The translations under genes were made by a program, and so were the position numbers. DNA of 64,000 nucleotides, taken from contig ML002223.1 in the NCBI GenBank assembly GCA_003614675.1, positions 1 to 64,000 on the forward strand, written 5' to 3'. The DNA comes from Dimargaris cristalligena (taxonomy: Eukaryota). Under the pieces are notes generated by a model, which worked only from the letters and a program-made list of their open reading frames with translations, did not search any database and was not told the DNA's origin. This document shows, in pieces, positions 26,299-37,690 of the stretch (positions are counted from its first letter, which is position 1; each line of letters starts with the position of its first letter).

Positions 26299-27387
26299 TT
26301 ACTGCTGGGAAGTCCAGGCAGTGCCCGCGGCATCGTTAATCCAAGTGTACGTACAGCCGGTTTGGGTGGCATCGGCGTTTTTACAGGAGCCGACCATGTA
26401 CAGAGTCTTGCCGTCAGTACCACCGAGGGCAATGCTGGTGAGCTGCGTTGTGGGGGCCTTGATAGTCTGGAGGAGCTTACCGGCCACCGAGAACTTAAGG
26501 ACCAGGTTAAGGCTGCTGCGGGCCACGAAGAAGTTACCGCCGACGTCCGTGATAATAGCGTAGGACACCTCGCTGCCCGTTTTGTTAAGGGACTCGAAGT
26601 CGACCAGGAGCTTCTTGACCGGTGCGCCGTCGGCCGCAATTTGCACCAGACCGGTGGACTTATTCAGGGTATACTGCCATACCTTGGCTTCGTAAGGGAC
26701 CGCGTTGTTCAGTCGGGAGTCCACCACGTACAGGTAGTCACCCGCGGCACTAACGGCCACTCCGTTGGGTCGGCTCAATTGGTCCAGACGCTGGGCGGCC
26801 CCGGTGTTGCTGCAGAACCACACGTCACCGCTGTCGGTTCCACTGGTGGGGTTATTGTTCTGACCCACGAGGTAGGCGTGCCCAGCGCTGGTCACATCCA
26901 AGCCCATGGGGCGCAGCATACTCGCGTCCTGGCACCAGGCCTTGAGGGAGTCCGTCGTCGGCAGACCGGTTCCCATATCAATGGACAATTGCATCACCCG
27001 CGGGGTCGTCAAGTCGGTCAGGTACAGTTGTTTGGTCACAACGTTATTGCTCTTGACCGTGCGGAACCGGATGTCGCCGACCGTCAGGTTGCTGTCGGTG
27101 GAGGTGTAGTAAATGGAGGGTTCGCTAATACCCGTCAATTTGGTGACGGAGTTCGAGGTGGCAACGAGGCCGTTATTACCAACGAAGAGATCGCCTTGCT
27201 GGTCGATACCGGCCGCGTCGAGGTACTGGCCCAATTTGGTCTGACCCGCTGCGAATAGGACCGTGGCGTCAACACTGGGGACATCCGTGGTGGGGGTTGA
27301 CGGATGGCACTTGGATATGGGTTGGGCGTGTACCAACACGGCGGCCATGGATAAGGCAAGGATGGAGAGGGCGGAGAAACGGGCCAT
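26299..27387 (-). CDS. Secreted SMP-30/gluconolactonase/LRE-like six-bladed beta-propeller (362 aa)
   Basis: Signal peptide MARFSALSILALSMAAVLVHA. Blade motifs RPNGVAVSAAGDYLYVVDS, DVGGNFFVA and TSIALGGTDGKTLYMV. Intronless. Confidence 0.8.
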   Translation of the reverse strand: MARFSALSILALSMAAVLVHAQPISKCHPSTPTTDVPSVDATVLFAAGQTKLGQYLDAAGIDQQGDLFVGNNGLVATSNSVTKLTGISEPSIYYTSTDSNLTVGDIRFRTVKSNNVVTKQLYLTDLTTPRVMQLSIDMGTGLPTTDSLKAWCQDASMLRPMGLDVTSAGHAYLVGQNNNPTSGTDSGDVWFCSNTGAAQRLDQLSRPNGVAVSAAGDYLYVVDSRLNNAVPYEAKVWQYTLNKSTGLVQIAADGAPVKKLLVDFESLNKTGSEVSYAIITDVGGNFFVARSSLNLVLKFSVAGKLLQTIKAPTTQLTSIALGGTDGKTLYMVGSCKNADATQTGCTYTWINDAAGTAWTSQQ

Positions 27388-28282
27388 GGCTGCGATTTTA
27401 CAAGGGGGTGATGCGGGAGGGGAGGGGGAGGTATAGTGTAATACGAGGTGGGTTTTTGGGAAGGAGTGGTGGTGTGAATAATACAATGTTTGGGAAAGCG
27501 GTCGTTAGTTGTTTTGGTTGAAGGAAGCGAAAGAGAATAGTATGAAGTGCTTAAATACTGCGAGTATTTATAGTGACTTAAAAATCATTAAAAGGCAAGC
27601 AGTAAAGCGAATGCTGGGTGAGAGGGGTAAGGTATATGGTTTAAACTATTGACGACCACGGCTCTTTATATACGTGGGAGCGCCAAGATGGAAATCAATG
27701 GGGAAACCTTTACACCCCCCTCCTGCTCTCCCTTCCCCCCTTTTCAAACTCGTCAGTTGGTCTATTATTTCCCCCTTGTCACCCATCTGCAATCGCCCAA
27801 TTGGATTAAAGAAACAGCCATATCCACCCGCAAGTTCATTTTACGGATTAGGTAAATCAAGCATATTTTGAGGCCGACAATCTCTTCCGAGATTGCTTCC
27901 TTTGATCAACCGAGTTGGAGCCAGTTAATTCGCGCAACCCGGTACTCAGAGCGACGCACAATAAAATGGTCGAATGGGAAAATAGAGGGACACGCCCAAG
28001 CCCCTCGATACAGATAATCTATTTTTGAGTACTCAGGTGGCGAATTGAATAGTCGCCATCGCCGTACTTTGGTTTTCCTAGACTTCTCTACCTCCCCCTT
28101 GCTCAAGGAAATTTATTGGTGCATTTCCTGGAGAATAAAATAGCCATGATGCTCCAGCGGATTTGTGGAGCCAGAGGTTAGGGATGACCTCAGATCGCCT
28201 TAATCGGGCCGATCATTTATCCCGTGGCTCCAATTAATTCATCTATTTCACCGAAATCTAAAGAGACCGAATGTCAATCCTC

Positions 28283-28285
<3 letters not shown>

Positions 28286-28317
<32 letters not shown>
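28286..28317. repeat. (TA)16 microsatellite
   Basis: Perfect TA dinucleotide run. Confidence 0.95.
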
Positions 28318-28320
<3 letters not shown>

Positions 28321-30628
28321 CATCCGCCCGAACTGACCACCACCCCCGATATTCCGACTGCCTTCGTCTACATTGTAGCGGTTGAGTATACTTGAAAAGT
28401 CCGAATAACACAAACCTGCACCGTCTCTAATTTTCCAATAGCAAGAATTGCATGGAACCATTCCATATTTGGTTAGGGCCCTAGGAGATCAGTGCCTGTT
28501 AAGTGTGATGCATGGTCGGGTGGTATAGATTGAAGCGGCTTTGTAGACAATCAACTCTCCGTCGATAGTTCATTTCACTGTATTAGTCTATAATGGTATT
28601 TCATGATAGAATTAGATCTACTGATGTTATTATTATTATTATTATTTGGGGGGGGGGAGGAGGATTAGTTCATTATCTAAGACAAACAATTAGAGTTTCT
28701 ATATCCAAGTGCGGTCACAATAAACGTGGGCATGATAGAGAACATCGTATGGAATAGGAGGATATAGCCGACAGTCGTATCTTTATGAGCGGAATTCTGC
28801 ATATAAAAAACACGGGACAGGCCGATTAGGCTGGAACTACGCTAATTCACTGATAATGCAGCTATATAAGGAATAGTCATGTGTAAATTTAATTAATGGG
28901 GTTTTCGACTCGAGACCCTCAAGAGGCATAATAGAATGTGTTTGAAAAGGGCTGAAGGTATAACCCAGCCCTACCCATCCAAGAATTTTCCACAATTCTT
29001 ATTTTTACGAACAGGAGCCGCAACCATTGACCTCCAGTTTGTGCTTTTCGGGGGGATGACACAGACAAGATTCGACTCAAGTCTACATTATTTTTGAACG
29101 GGATGCCAATGGCGAATGTGAGCATTGGGGGGTAAATTGATTATTTGAACCGGTAAAGTTTGTGTCATCCAGCGTATTTCCGGTGTTATGGTTCGCCCAA
29201 ACCCCACCGGGTTCCTCTCAACGAAAACTTGGGCCATACCATTTAGTGCATTGGCGGTTCGAACGATTGGAAAATCGTAGCGATGCTGCTCATTCGTATA
29301 GCATGTGTCCTTAAGGTAGAGTAGCGTCGCTCATCCTAAACAAATAGCCGGGACGATGGACCGATTCGCTCCCTCGCCTTAGCTCCAATCAGGATAAGCT
29401 TGGGCACATACATGCCGATTAATTTCGAGATTGGTTATTGGTATCATGACGATTTTCGTGGATAAACTCGATGTCTAGACCATATACGGACACCCCCAAA
29501 ATCCCTGTAATCTATTAGTATATAATAGCCGTGTTTACTCTACTTTAATAATAGGGAACGAGCCCTCAAACGGAAGAATACAGGGGAAATATACGAATTT
29601 TTTACCATTCCTCAGTCGTAAAGTTAAAAAAGTACGGTCGAAATAGTCAAGATGATTGTGGGTGACATGCGTCATATATTTGTAATGAACAGGGCTGTCT
29701 ATCAAAAGGGTGGTTAACAAATTCGAAAAATAGGCCGAAGCTCCCTGAGAGCCGATAAAATAATCTATATAAAATGGACTTTCGCTTGGTCGTTTGACCA
29801 CATGCATAGGTGATTTTCCACGAGGGTTGAAACACGATTGGGCTACGGCCAATGTAAATCTGTTTCGAGGGCAATCAGGCCCAAAATTCTTGTATTGAGG
29901 ATTCACAGATATTATGACGATGGTGTCGTTTAATAAATGGGCGCCACGATGGTGGAGGGCAGGGAGCTCTTCTCCGACCCCCATTTTTTATTTTGTGGAT
30001 GAGTTGCCAATAATGCTACCGAACTTGGAAACAGGAGGGCCACATGGGGGAAATGAGTTACGCCGGCGGGCTGGTTTTAATGGTAGAGGTGTTGGTAAGG
30101 GAGGGGGGATAATGCTGCCAAGCCAGGTCTATTTCATGGCGGCTAAAAGGCTCCCAGTCCCTTCGAAAAAGCTTCTAGTTCTATTTTTATATTTTGTCTA
30201 TGGCCTTTTTTAATTAAAAATAATAAAATGTAATAAAAAAGAAACTTGAAAAATTTATTTACGAGGCATATTAGTAAAGGCCATTGTAGAGATGGATAAA
30301 ATATACTATTGAAGGGTCCTTTAATGGCACATAATAGACCGGTTTGGGGGGGGTAAACTTAAAACTGCTTAATTTATAAAACCGAAATGTTCCGCCAGGG
30401 GTAATATGGCACGGCTGGGCCCGTTCCACTTATCGAGTCGATGTACGGTTTTGACGAGATGTGATAATAAACAGGGAGGAATGGGTCAGTTTTTCTTTTT
30501 GTTTTTTTTTTTGATAACGGACCATCCTGACCAACAACAAGTACGACCGGCGACTTTACAGCGGATAAGAACGAACCCTCAATCCCTAATGTCTAAAAGA
30601 ATAATAATCTCTTGGGGTGAGTGTGAGA

Positions 30629-31018
30629 CTATAAACGTTCTTTGATCTTCTCCAAAGGTTTATCGAATTCCCCCGCGGACGAATACGAGTCTACCTGCGG
30701 TGGTATCTGCGGCTGAGACTTGACCATGGCACCCTCCACGGAACGATAGACGGTCCGCTTTGGACCAACCACAGGAGTAACCACGAGCTGCGGGATATGG
30801 TGAACGGCTGGAATGTGACTATTATCGGGGGCCGTAGGTTGTTGTTGGTCTGCGGAGCGGCCGGCCAAAAGTGAAGGACTGGGAAGAACAGGTGGCATGA
30901 CAGGGGTGTTATATCCGAGGGCTGTGGGCTCCGGTTTATCGATGTATAGGTCGGGGGCATTCCAACTTGCCGAGACTGCCACTAAGCCAAGACAAAGGAC
31001 AATGGGAGTGAAGCGCAT
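30629..31018 (-). CDS. Small secreted Pro-rich orphan protein (129 aa)
   Basis: Signal peptide MRFTPIVLCLGLVAVSA and a TATATAA about 140 bp upstream on the minus strand. Confidence 0.65.
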   Translation of the reverse strand: MRFTPIVLCLGLVAVSASWNAPDLYIDKPEPTALGYNTPVMPPVLPSPSLLAGRSADQQQPTAPDNSHIPAVHHIPQLVVTPVVGPKRTVYRSVEGAMVKSQPQIPPQVDSYSSAGEFDKPLEKIKERL

Positions 31019-32238
31019 CGTGGGTGGATAGTATAGTTAAATTACAGAAATAATAACGAATACAGGTAAAGTACTGGGAGAAATGGGTGTAGATATCAAT
31101 ATCAACGAGGGAACTTTGTTGGAAGCTATTTAATGTTAGTATGACAGCCACCCCCCCCTTATATATATCTCTCTCTTTAAGGCAAGAGACTTGGCCGCAA
31201 AAGGGGAATATCGGGAATAGGAGACATGGCAAGAAAATTGGGGTGGTTTACTCTTTAGTATTAGACAAAAATAGCCAGCCATGTTATTTTAGTGGTCCGA
31301 ACGGGCGTACGGAACACTAGCGAGTAGCACTACGACCCCATATTTTCAGTATATATTCTTCAATGGAACATCATCCCATTTAAAGAAGTATTCTTTTAAT
31401 TCGGAATAGCCCAGGGGAGTGAGGGTGGGTGTGGGGGGGGGGGTCGTACGGCCCACCTAAACAGAGACCGTTTCACTTGACCTACACGGCCGCTACGAAC
31501 CGCTATTTGTACTCTATCGGTTAAATATGAATTCCACATTTGAACCTCCGTGGACAAGAGGGGGGGAAGGGGGTAAAGGTAGCGAGCGGGTGATGCAGCG
31601 GTTACACCAAAAAGGGGGCGTTGGCGATTAAAAGGCGGCCATTTCAACAGAATATTCCAAAATGAAAAGGGGGAGAGGCGTATAGCTAGATCAATTTGTA
31701 GTGACTGGGTCGCCAGAGTAGCCGATACCTTGGAAGTTCAAGTTGGTGGCTCCCCGGTCCCCTCTTTATCACACTTACACCCATCCTTTCGCCTTCAGAA
31801 GAAAGGCAGGTTGGCGGGGTTTTATATACTCGAGACGAGCTGGCCACCAAATGGGAGTAATAGATGCATGGTTTATTGGTAAAGCTTTGGCAAGTGAATA
31901 CTGAAATATCAGGTACCAACGAAGGGTGAACTTAGGCAGTGGAAAACTTAATACTTCCGGAGTCAGTCACCCCAGGCAAGTCAATCGGGCGTGCGGTAAA
32001 AATATAGCGGCACTGAACAGGAATGCCAAAACGCATGTTGCCGTCCGCTTATTCTCCATTGAAAAAAAGAGATAGTAGTGCTGGTGGGTCCTGTGGTTTT
32101 ACATATTGGGAAGCTGAGCTTAAAAGAGGGAGATCTGTTGGCAAGTTGTCAAGTTATTTTAACCACAGGTCACTATATAATTTGATTTATAACCAAAAAG
32201 TATTTTCCCCTCCCTTCCTTCAAGGGCCCTTCTGTTCC

Positions 32239-33591
32239 TTATTCGAACATCTTACTAAATGCCTGGCGCTGTTTATCGAGCTTAGACTGGAGGCGTTTGT
32301 TGACGGCGGTCAACTCGTTACGAATCGCCGCATCATTGGGCATGAGTTTGCTCGCTTCCTTCAGGTCCTCCAGCGCGGCATCGTCGTTCTTTTGGAGCAC
32401 ATACGCCGAGGCCCGGCGGAAATGGGCCTTGCATTTATCGGTCGAGGTTGTCAAATCCTCGGGCAAGTCCAGGACCACCCCACAGAAATGGATGGTCGAT
32501 TCGGGATCCTTCATTTTCAGGCTGCAGGCGGCGCAGTTGAGGTAGCAGGAGGCCTTGAGGGTGTAGAACTGGGGCTTGAGGGCGCCATCGGGGTCCGTTT
32601 CGTCATTAAACGTGGTGAATTCGTTGAGGTACCGGATGGCTTTTTTATACTTGCGCTGGGAGAGTTTGGTGTTGCCCTCTTTGAACAGGGTGTTGCCGAT
32701 GGCCTTCATATTTTTGCCGATTTCGAGCAGGTCGGTGCCGGAGGCGGATTCGAGACCCTCGTAGTCATCGGGGTAGTCGGGGTAAGCGTCGCCGCCCACA
32801 CCATCACCCTGCACACCGTCGGGTTCGCCCTCGGCTAATTCCCCGCATGCGGTGATGGTCACGGGCACCACGGGCTTATCACCACTATCGGTGTTCAGGT
32901 TTTCCACGGCCCGAACAACATTCTTGCCCTTCAGCACCTCGCCGAACACCACGTGTTTACCGTCCAGATGCGGGGTAGGCACGGTCGTGATAAAGAACTG
33001 GGATCCATTGGTACCCGGTCCGGCGTTGGCCATGGACAGCAGGAACGGCCGGTCGTGAATCAGTTTGAAGTTCTCGTCCTCGAATTTTTCGCCATAAATG
33101 CTTTCACCGCCCGTACCGTTGTGGGCCGTGAAATCACCACCCTGGATCATAAAGTTCTTGATCACCCGGTGGAAAGTGGAGTTGTTGAAGCTCAGAGGGG
33201 CCCCTGACTTTTCACTCACGCCCTTCTCGCCCGTGCACAGAGCCCGGAAGTTCTCAGCGGTCTTGGGCACCGTATCGGCGTACTATATGGTGGCGAAGGA
33301 GGGAGGGGATTGTGTGATATCATTATGCGGTTTGGGACGCACCCGGTATAAAAATGGCAATTTAGGTATAAGTGGAGAAGCGGTTAGACAGCGTCGTCGG
33401 AGTGTGAATGTGGTGAAGACTAGGTGTTGGCGAAGGTGCGATATTTGGAATAAGGTGGCCACTACTCGCCATTACAAAGAGAATCATCCGCGTCGGACGA
33501 CCAACGAAGCTGGGCTTACCAATTCCATGACAATCCGGCCCTCAGGCTCGTTGCCAATGCTAACATCGAAGTAGACACGGGGATTCGGCAT
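32239..33591 (-). CDS. CPR6: Cyclophilin-40 / peptidyl-prolyl isomerase D with TPR domain (exons 33591-33520 and 33282-32239; 371 aa)
   Basis: MPNPRVYFD...[43 protein letters not shown] and [18 protein letters not shown], followed by TPR helices ending in AFSKMFE. Confidence 0.95.
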
Positions 33592-34749
33592 GGTGGTAGT
33601 TTGTAGCTGGATAGTGGTTGGTTTCAAGTATGGTTAATGGATAGATAGAAATAGGAAAGCGGGATTGTGCCAGAGAATAAAGCCCAAAAGACAGTCAGGA
33701 GGCGGAGTATACCAGCGAGTGTGAACTGGGGAGGGGGTGTGCTGGCGCCACAAGGTGAAGTATATATGCTAGGGTCACTTGCGAGGATAGAGTAGTGTGT
33801 ACCCCACCAAGAGGATTCGATAAACTTCCACTAATAAAATAAATAGGCTTGGGAATCGGAGTGGGGGCCTGGCATACAATTTACTAAATCAACAATCTCT
33901 TTCCCGAGGTTTCGATGAAACCTGGTTTATCACCACAAAATGTTCCCACCTGGCCCATTTCCTCCAATCAGCCGCCACTATGGCTATTCATGGGAGACTT
34001 GTCTTCCTCAAATGCGGCGTGGTACGTTTTCCTTGGGATATTTCCAGTTCCATATCCCACTGGAGGGTTATTGGAATGGGATATTATTGCCTAGGAGTGA
34101 TATGAATTTATTCCCATGGAAAGCCACCCCTGAGTCTATTCCATTGGTCCAACACCTACCACAGCCACTAAGCCTCAGATCCCGTGATTCACCCTGCCCA
34201 CTCATCCCCCCAACAACCACCCATGGTTGCTTGTGTAATAATGGCGCAGGCATAGTTTAAACAGCCTGCCGCCCTCCCCTCCCGCCCCACTGTCTACAGA
34301 CTACTCACCGTTTTGCAACTCACGGGGTTTCTTTTGTCCCTCACCTTTACATATCACGTTTCTTTACTTTCTAATCCACTGACTTGTTCGCATCACCCGA
34401 TCAGACACCATCGCCCTTTATATACCTCAACCAACCTCCACGCCCATTCACTCACGGTCGGTTACCACTGCTGCCATTCAGCTGCGCGCACGGGCATTTT
34501 GTAGCAGACGTACACGCCAACCCTTACTACTACAACTACTACTAAACACCAGCCAAAATATACACTTCCCCCGACGCGTTGCCTTACCCTTGGCACTCGG
34601 TCTTAAGTCGCGTTTATTGTAAACAAATAGATACATACCGGGAGGCTACGCCTGTTTCATACCCAAACGGTTTCCGCAGTCACCCCACCCCACCACCACA
34701 CAGACAAAATCCCCCCCCCTCCCGCCCGAAAAAAATAAGACAACCAGAT

Positions 34750-35991
34750 ATGGTCGCTAACCCCAATAAACGCAAGCGGCCCTCCAAGTCTAATAAAGGC
34801 AAGGAGGCAGCGTCCATCCAAGAGTCGGCCAACCCCACCACCGCCGACCTGATGGCGTCCGCCCTCGAGTTCAGGGACGACCAGTCCATTTTGTTCGAAG
34901 CGGATACCGGAATGAAAGACCCTACCACCCTCACCACGGCCATTGATGGGGAGGAAGACCCTATGGTAGATCCGTCGAATAACTCCGATGCCCTCAATCA
35001 ATACATATTGGATGCTGCGGCCGCTGCCGCCATCGCCGCAACCGAGGGTCTATACCCACCCCGCTCTATGCCCATGATGCTCGATGACAACGAAGGCCTG
35101 GGGGGTGACGGCGGCAGTGTCGGTGGGAAGTTGTCCACCGAACCCGTCGATTTGGCGCCCGGCCTGTTGTCACCGACGGATGAGCACCCCGGGTTCTTGG
35201 ATGTTTCTTCCCTCGACGAGCATGGCTTTCGTTCTACCGAGGACTCGGGACTGACGTCCGGCCTAGGCGATGCGAATCATGCGGTAGCCCCAATGGTCAC
35301 CACGGAAGGGGACGCCGATACCGTCACCGAGGACCCTAGCCATAGTCATGACCATGCTGGCCAGTTAGCCAACTCGGAGAATAACGAAGAAGGTCATCCG
35401 GAGGAGGATCACAAAGCGGATCAGAATGGGGGTAATACCCATATAGCCGAAGATTTACAGGGCGCCAACTCCCATGATGAGGCTGACGGTGAGGATCATA
35501 CCAACGGTGGTCACGACGGCGGCGGCGGTAGTGGTGGTGGCGGCGGCGGCGATGATGATGACGACGAAGATGATGATGATCTCGACGACGGCACATCGGC
35601 CACCAAGAAAACGCGCGGTCGCCGGGGCCGGCATTCCACGGTGAAGAATTCGGTCACCAGCGAGGAATGGATGCGCATTCGGCGCGAGAACCACAAGGAA
35701 GTCGAACGACGCCGTCGGGAAACCATCAACGCCGGGATCGAAGAACTCGTCCTCCTCATTCCTAACCCGCCCAAAAATAAGGGCCGTATCCTGCGGCATG
35801 CCGCGGAATACATTCGCCTGCTCAAACAGAGTGAAGCGACCAACGTCGAGAAGTGGACCCTCGAGAAGTTATTGACCGAACAGGCCATTAACGAACTGAG
35901 TGCCCAGGTCGATATGCTCAAGGCCCAAAACGAGGATTTGCGTAATCAGCTCGATAGTTTAAACCATCCCCATAAGAAGCTCAAGGAATAA
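34750..35991 (+). CDS. CBF1: bHLH-leucine zipper transcription factor, Cbf1-like
   Basis: RRENHKEVERRRRETINAGI...NKGRILRHAAEYI...NVEKWTLEKLLTEQAINEL is characteristic of fungal Cbf1. The N-terminus is acidic and disordered. First in-frame ATG is at 34750. Confidence 0.9.
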   Translation: MVANPNKRKRPSKSNKGKEAASIQESANPTTADLMASALEFRDDQSILFEADTGMKDPTTLTTAIDGEEDPMVDPSNNSDALNQYILDAAAAAAIAATEGLYPPRSMPMMLDDNEGLGGDGGSVGGKLSTEPVDLAPGLLSPTDEHPGFLDVSSLDEHGFRSTEDSGLTSGLGDANHAVAPMVTTEGDADTVTEDPSHSHDHAGQLANSENNEEGHPEEDHKADQNGGNTHIAEDLQGANSHDEADGEDHTNGGHDGGGGSGGGGGGDDDDDEDDDDLDDGTSATKKTRGRRGRHSTVKNSVTSEEWMRIRRENHKEVERRRRETINAGIEELVLLIPNPPKNKGRILRHAAEYIRLLKQSEATNVEKWTLEKLLTEQAINELSAQVDMLKAQNEDLRNQLDSLNHPHKKLKE

Positions 35992-37006
35992 TTGAATCTA
36001 CTAGACCCTCCTCCCCATACATCCATCGTAAATAATATATATATATAATCATATGTTATTGGTAGAAGAGGCCCCAGTCTCCTTGTTCCTTCCCCTTCCT
36101 TCTCCACCTACTTGGTTTTGCCAGGTCGCTTATTCATGGTCAATCCGCTGCCATTGTTACCCCTATTTCACACCAGCCGCCCTCCTTTCCTTTCCAACAT
36201 TGTCAATTTCTTCCGGGTTTGCGAATAGCCGTCTATTCTCGGTTGGCCACGAATTCCTTGAAAAAACCCCATATATATTATACAAACAGTTTCACCATAA
36301 GTCCTGCGTGTCCTTTTAACCACGTTTGACCTCCAATGCTCTCAATATTTTCTTAATTTCGGTACCAACCCAAATTTAATACCTTTATATTGAAATGGCT
36401 CTGGTACGGTCTCGTCTCATTATTCTTTATTACTCTGGAATTTAATTATATTTTGATAGCTAGTGGACCTTGTATGGCGTGTACATTACAAGCTGCTTCT
36501 CTCCCTCCCCCCTTTTATCCACATACCATCGGACTTCTAATGTATATTTTTGATGCCTCTATCCCAATATGCCCCCCTCCCCCCTTCTCGGCCGTAATCT
36601 ATAATAAAATAGTCACCCTAGTTGGAATTGGTTGGTTTGGTTGTGGTGTTCCCATACAGGTGTGGATGAGTGTGCTTGCTGTAACTAACGCGCCTCGTTA
36701 ATCGCAATCGTAGCTCCAATTAGCACTTTGGCGGAATAGTTTGGATGATATACCGGTCCTATTAACTCGTGGCACCAGCAGGATGATCGGTCGGAGGTAG
36801 CTAAAGTAACACCGGAATGAACTATTGGTGAACCATAACCGGCGCGTTCCGTTTCACATGCGCGGCGGCGACTATACTGGGGATATTTTCTTTTAACATT
36901 TATCTACAAACCCGGATTTTCAAATGTCTACACACCCACTGTCAAATGCTCCGACAACTATAAATATTATTGCGTAACGCTTCACTTATTCGCTTCTTGG
37001 ATTAAT

Positions 37007-37049
37007 ATGGGTGAAATTCAGCCCAGCTGTATAAGGTTTTAGATGATAT
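37007..37049 (+). repeat. Dispersed 43-bp repeat, copy 1
   Basis: ATGGGTGAAATTCAGCCCAGCTGTATAAGGTTTTAGATGATAT; 38/43 identical to 62250-62292. Confidence 0.8.
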
Positions 37050-37690
37050 ATGTACGGGAAAATAGGATGTATGTGTATTTTCAACCAGTAGTAGTTGTCT
37101 CATCCAGCGGATTTTTCGTATTACAGTCTGGTTGAGCTCCTCCCATATGTATTATGGACCAAGGCAGCCCCAAATGATAACCATACCCCCCCCCCTTTGA
37201 ATAAATCAGTCATTTTGCGAATCTCGAAACAATGGGCTTATAGGATTTCCGTGGCCATTTTTATTGGGGCTTGAGATATTTAAAGAGCGGGAATGAGTAG
37301 TAATAGACTAGAGCGAGAGGCGGGGAGGGGGTGGCGATGGACAGAGAAGGTAATGGACGTGGAAACTGCACTTCAGGACGGTTAACCTAACTCCCACCTA
37401 CCCTCTCCCTCCCTCATCCGTGACCTGCATCAGAATCTGCAAGGAGAGGTGCACGGCAGGGAGAGAGACCGCCACCATATCACCACAGAGATGACATAGA
37501 GGGTATAAAGTATAGTACAAACCACGGGCTATTATTGTATGGTTTTGGGCGATTAATCCCAGACGGGTGTCTGGTCAATAATAATCGATGCGAAAAACAG
37601 GCAAACGAGTGGATTTGAGGTGGATGATAACTGGCAAGGAGGGGGAGAGATATGTATATAGTGGCTCTCTCCTCTTATTATTTCCTTAAA

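Noticed and set aside
26272..27258. 328-aa plus-strand ORF
   Set aside because: Antisense shadow of the SMP-30-like gene, explained by high-GC3 codon bias; no protein-like motifs.
32023..32838. 271-aa plus-strand ORF
   Set aside because: Antisense to the conserved cyclophilin-40 exon; a shadow ORF.
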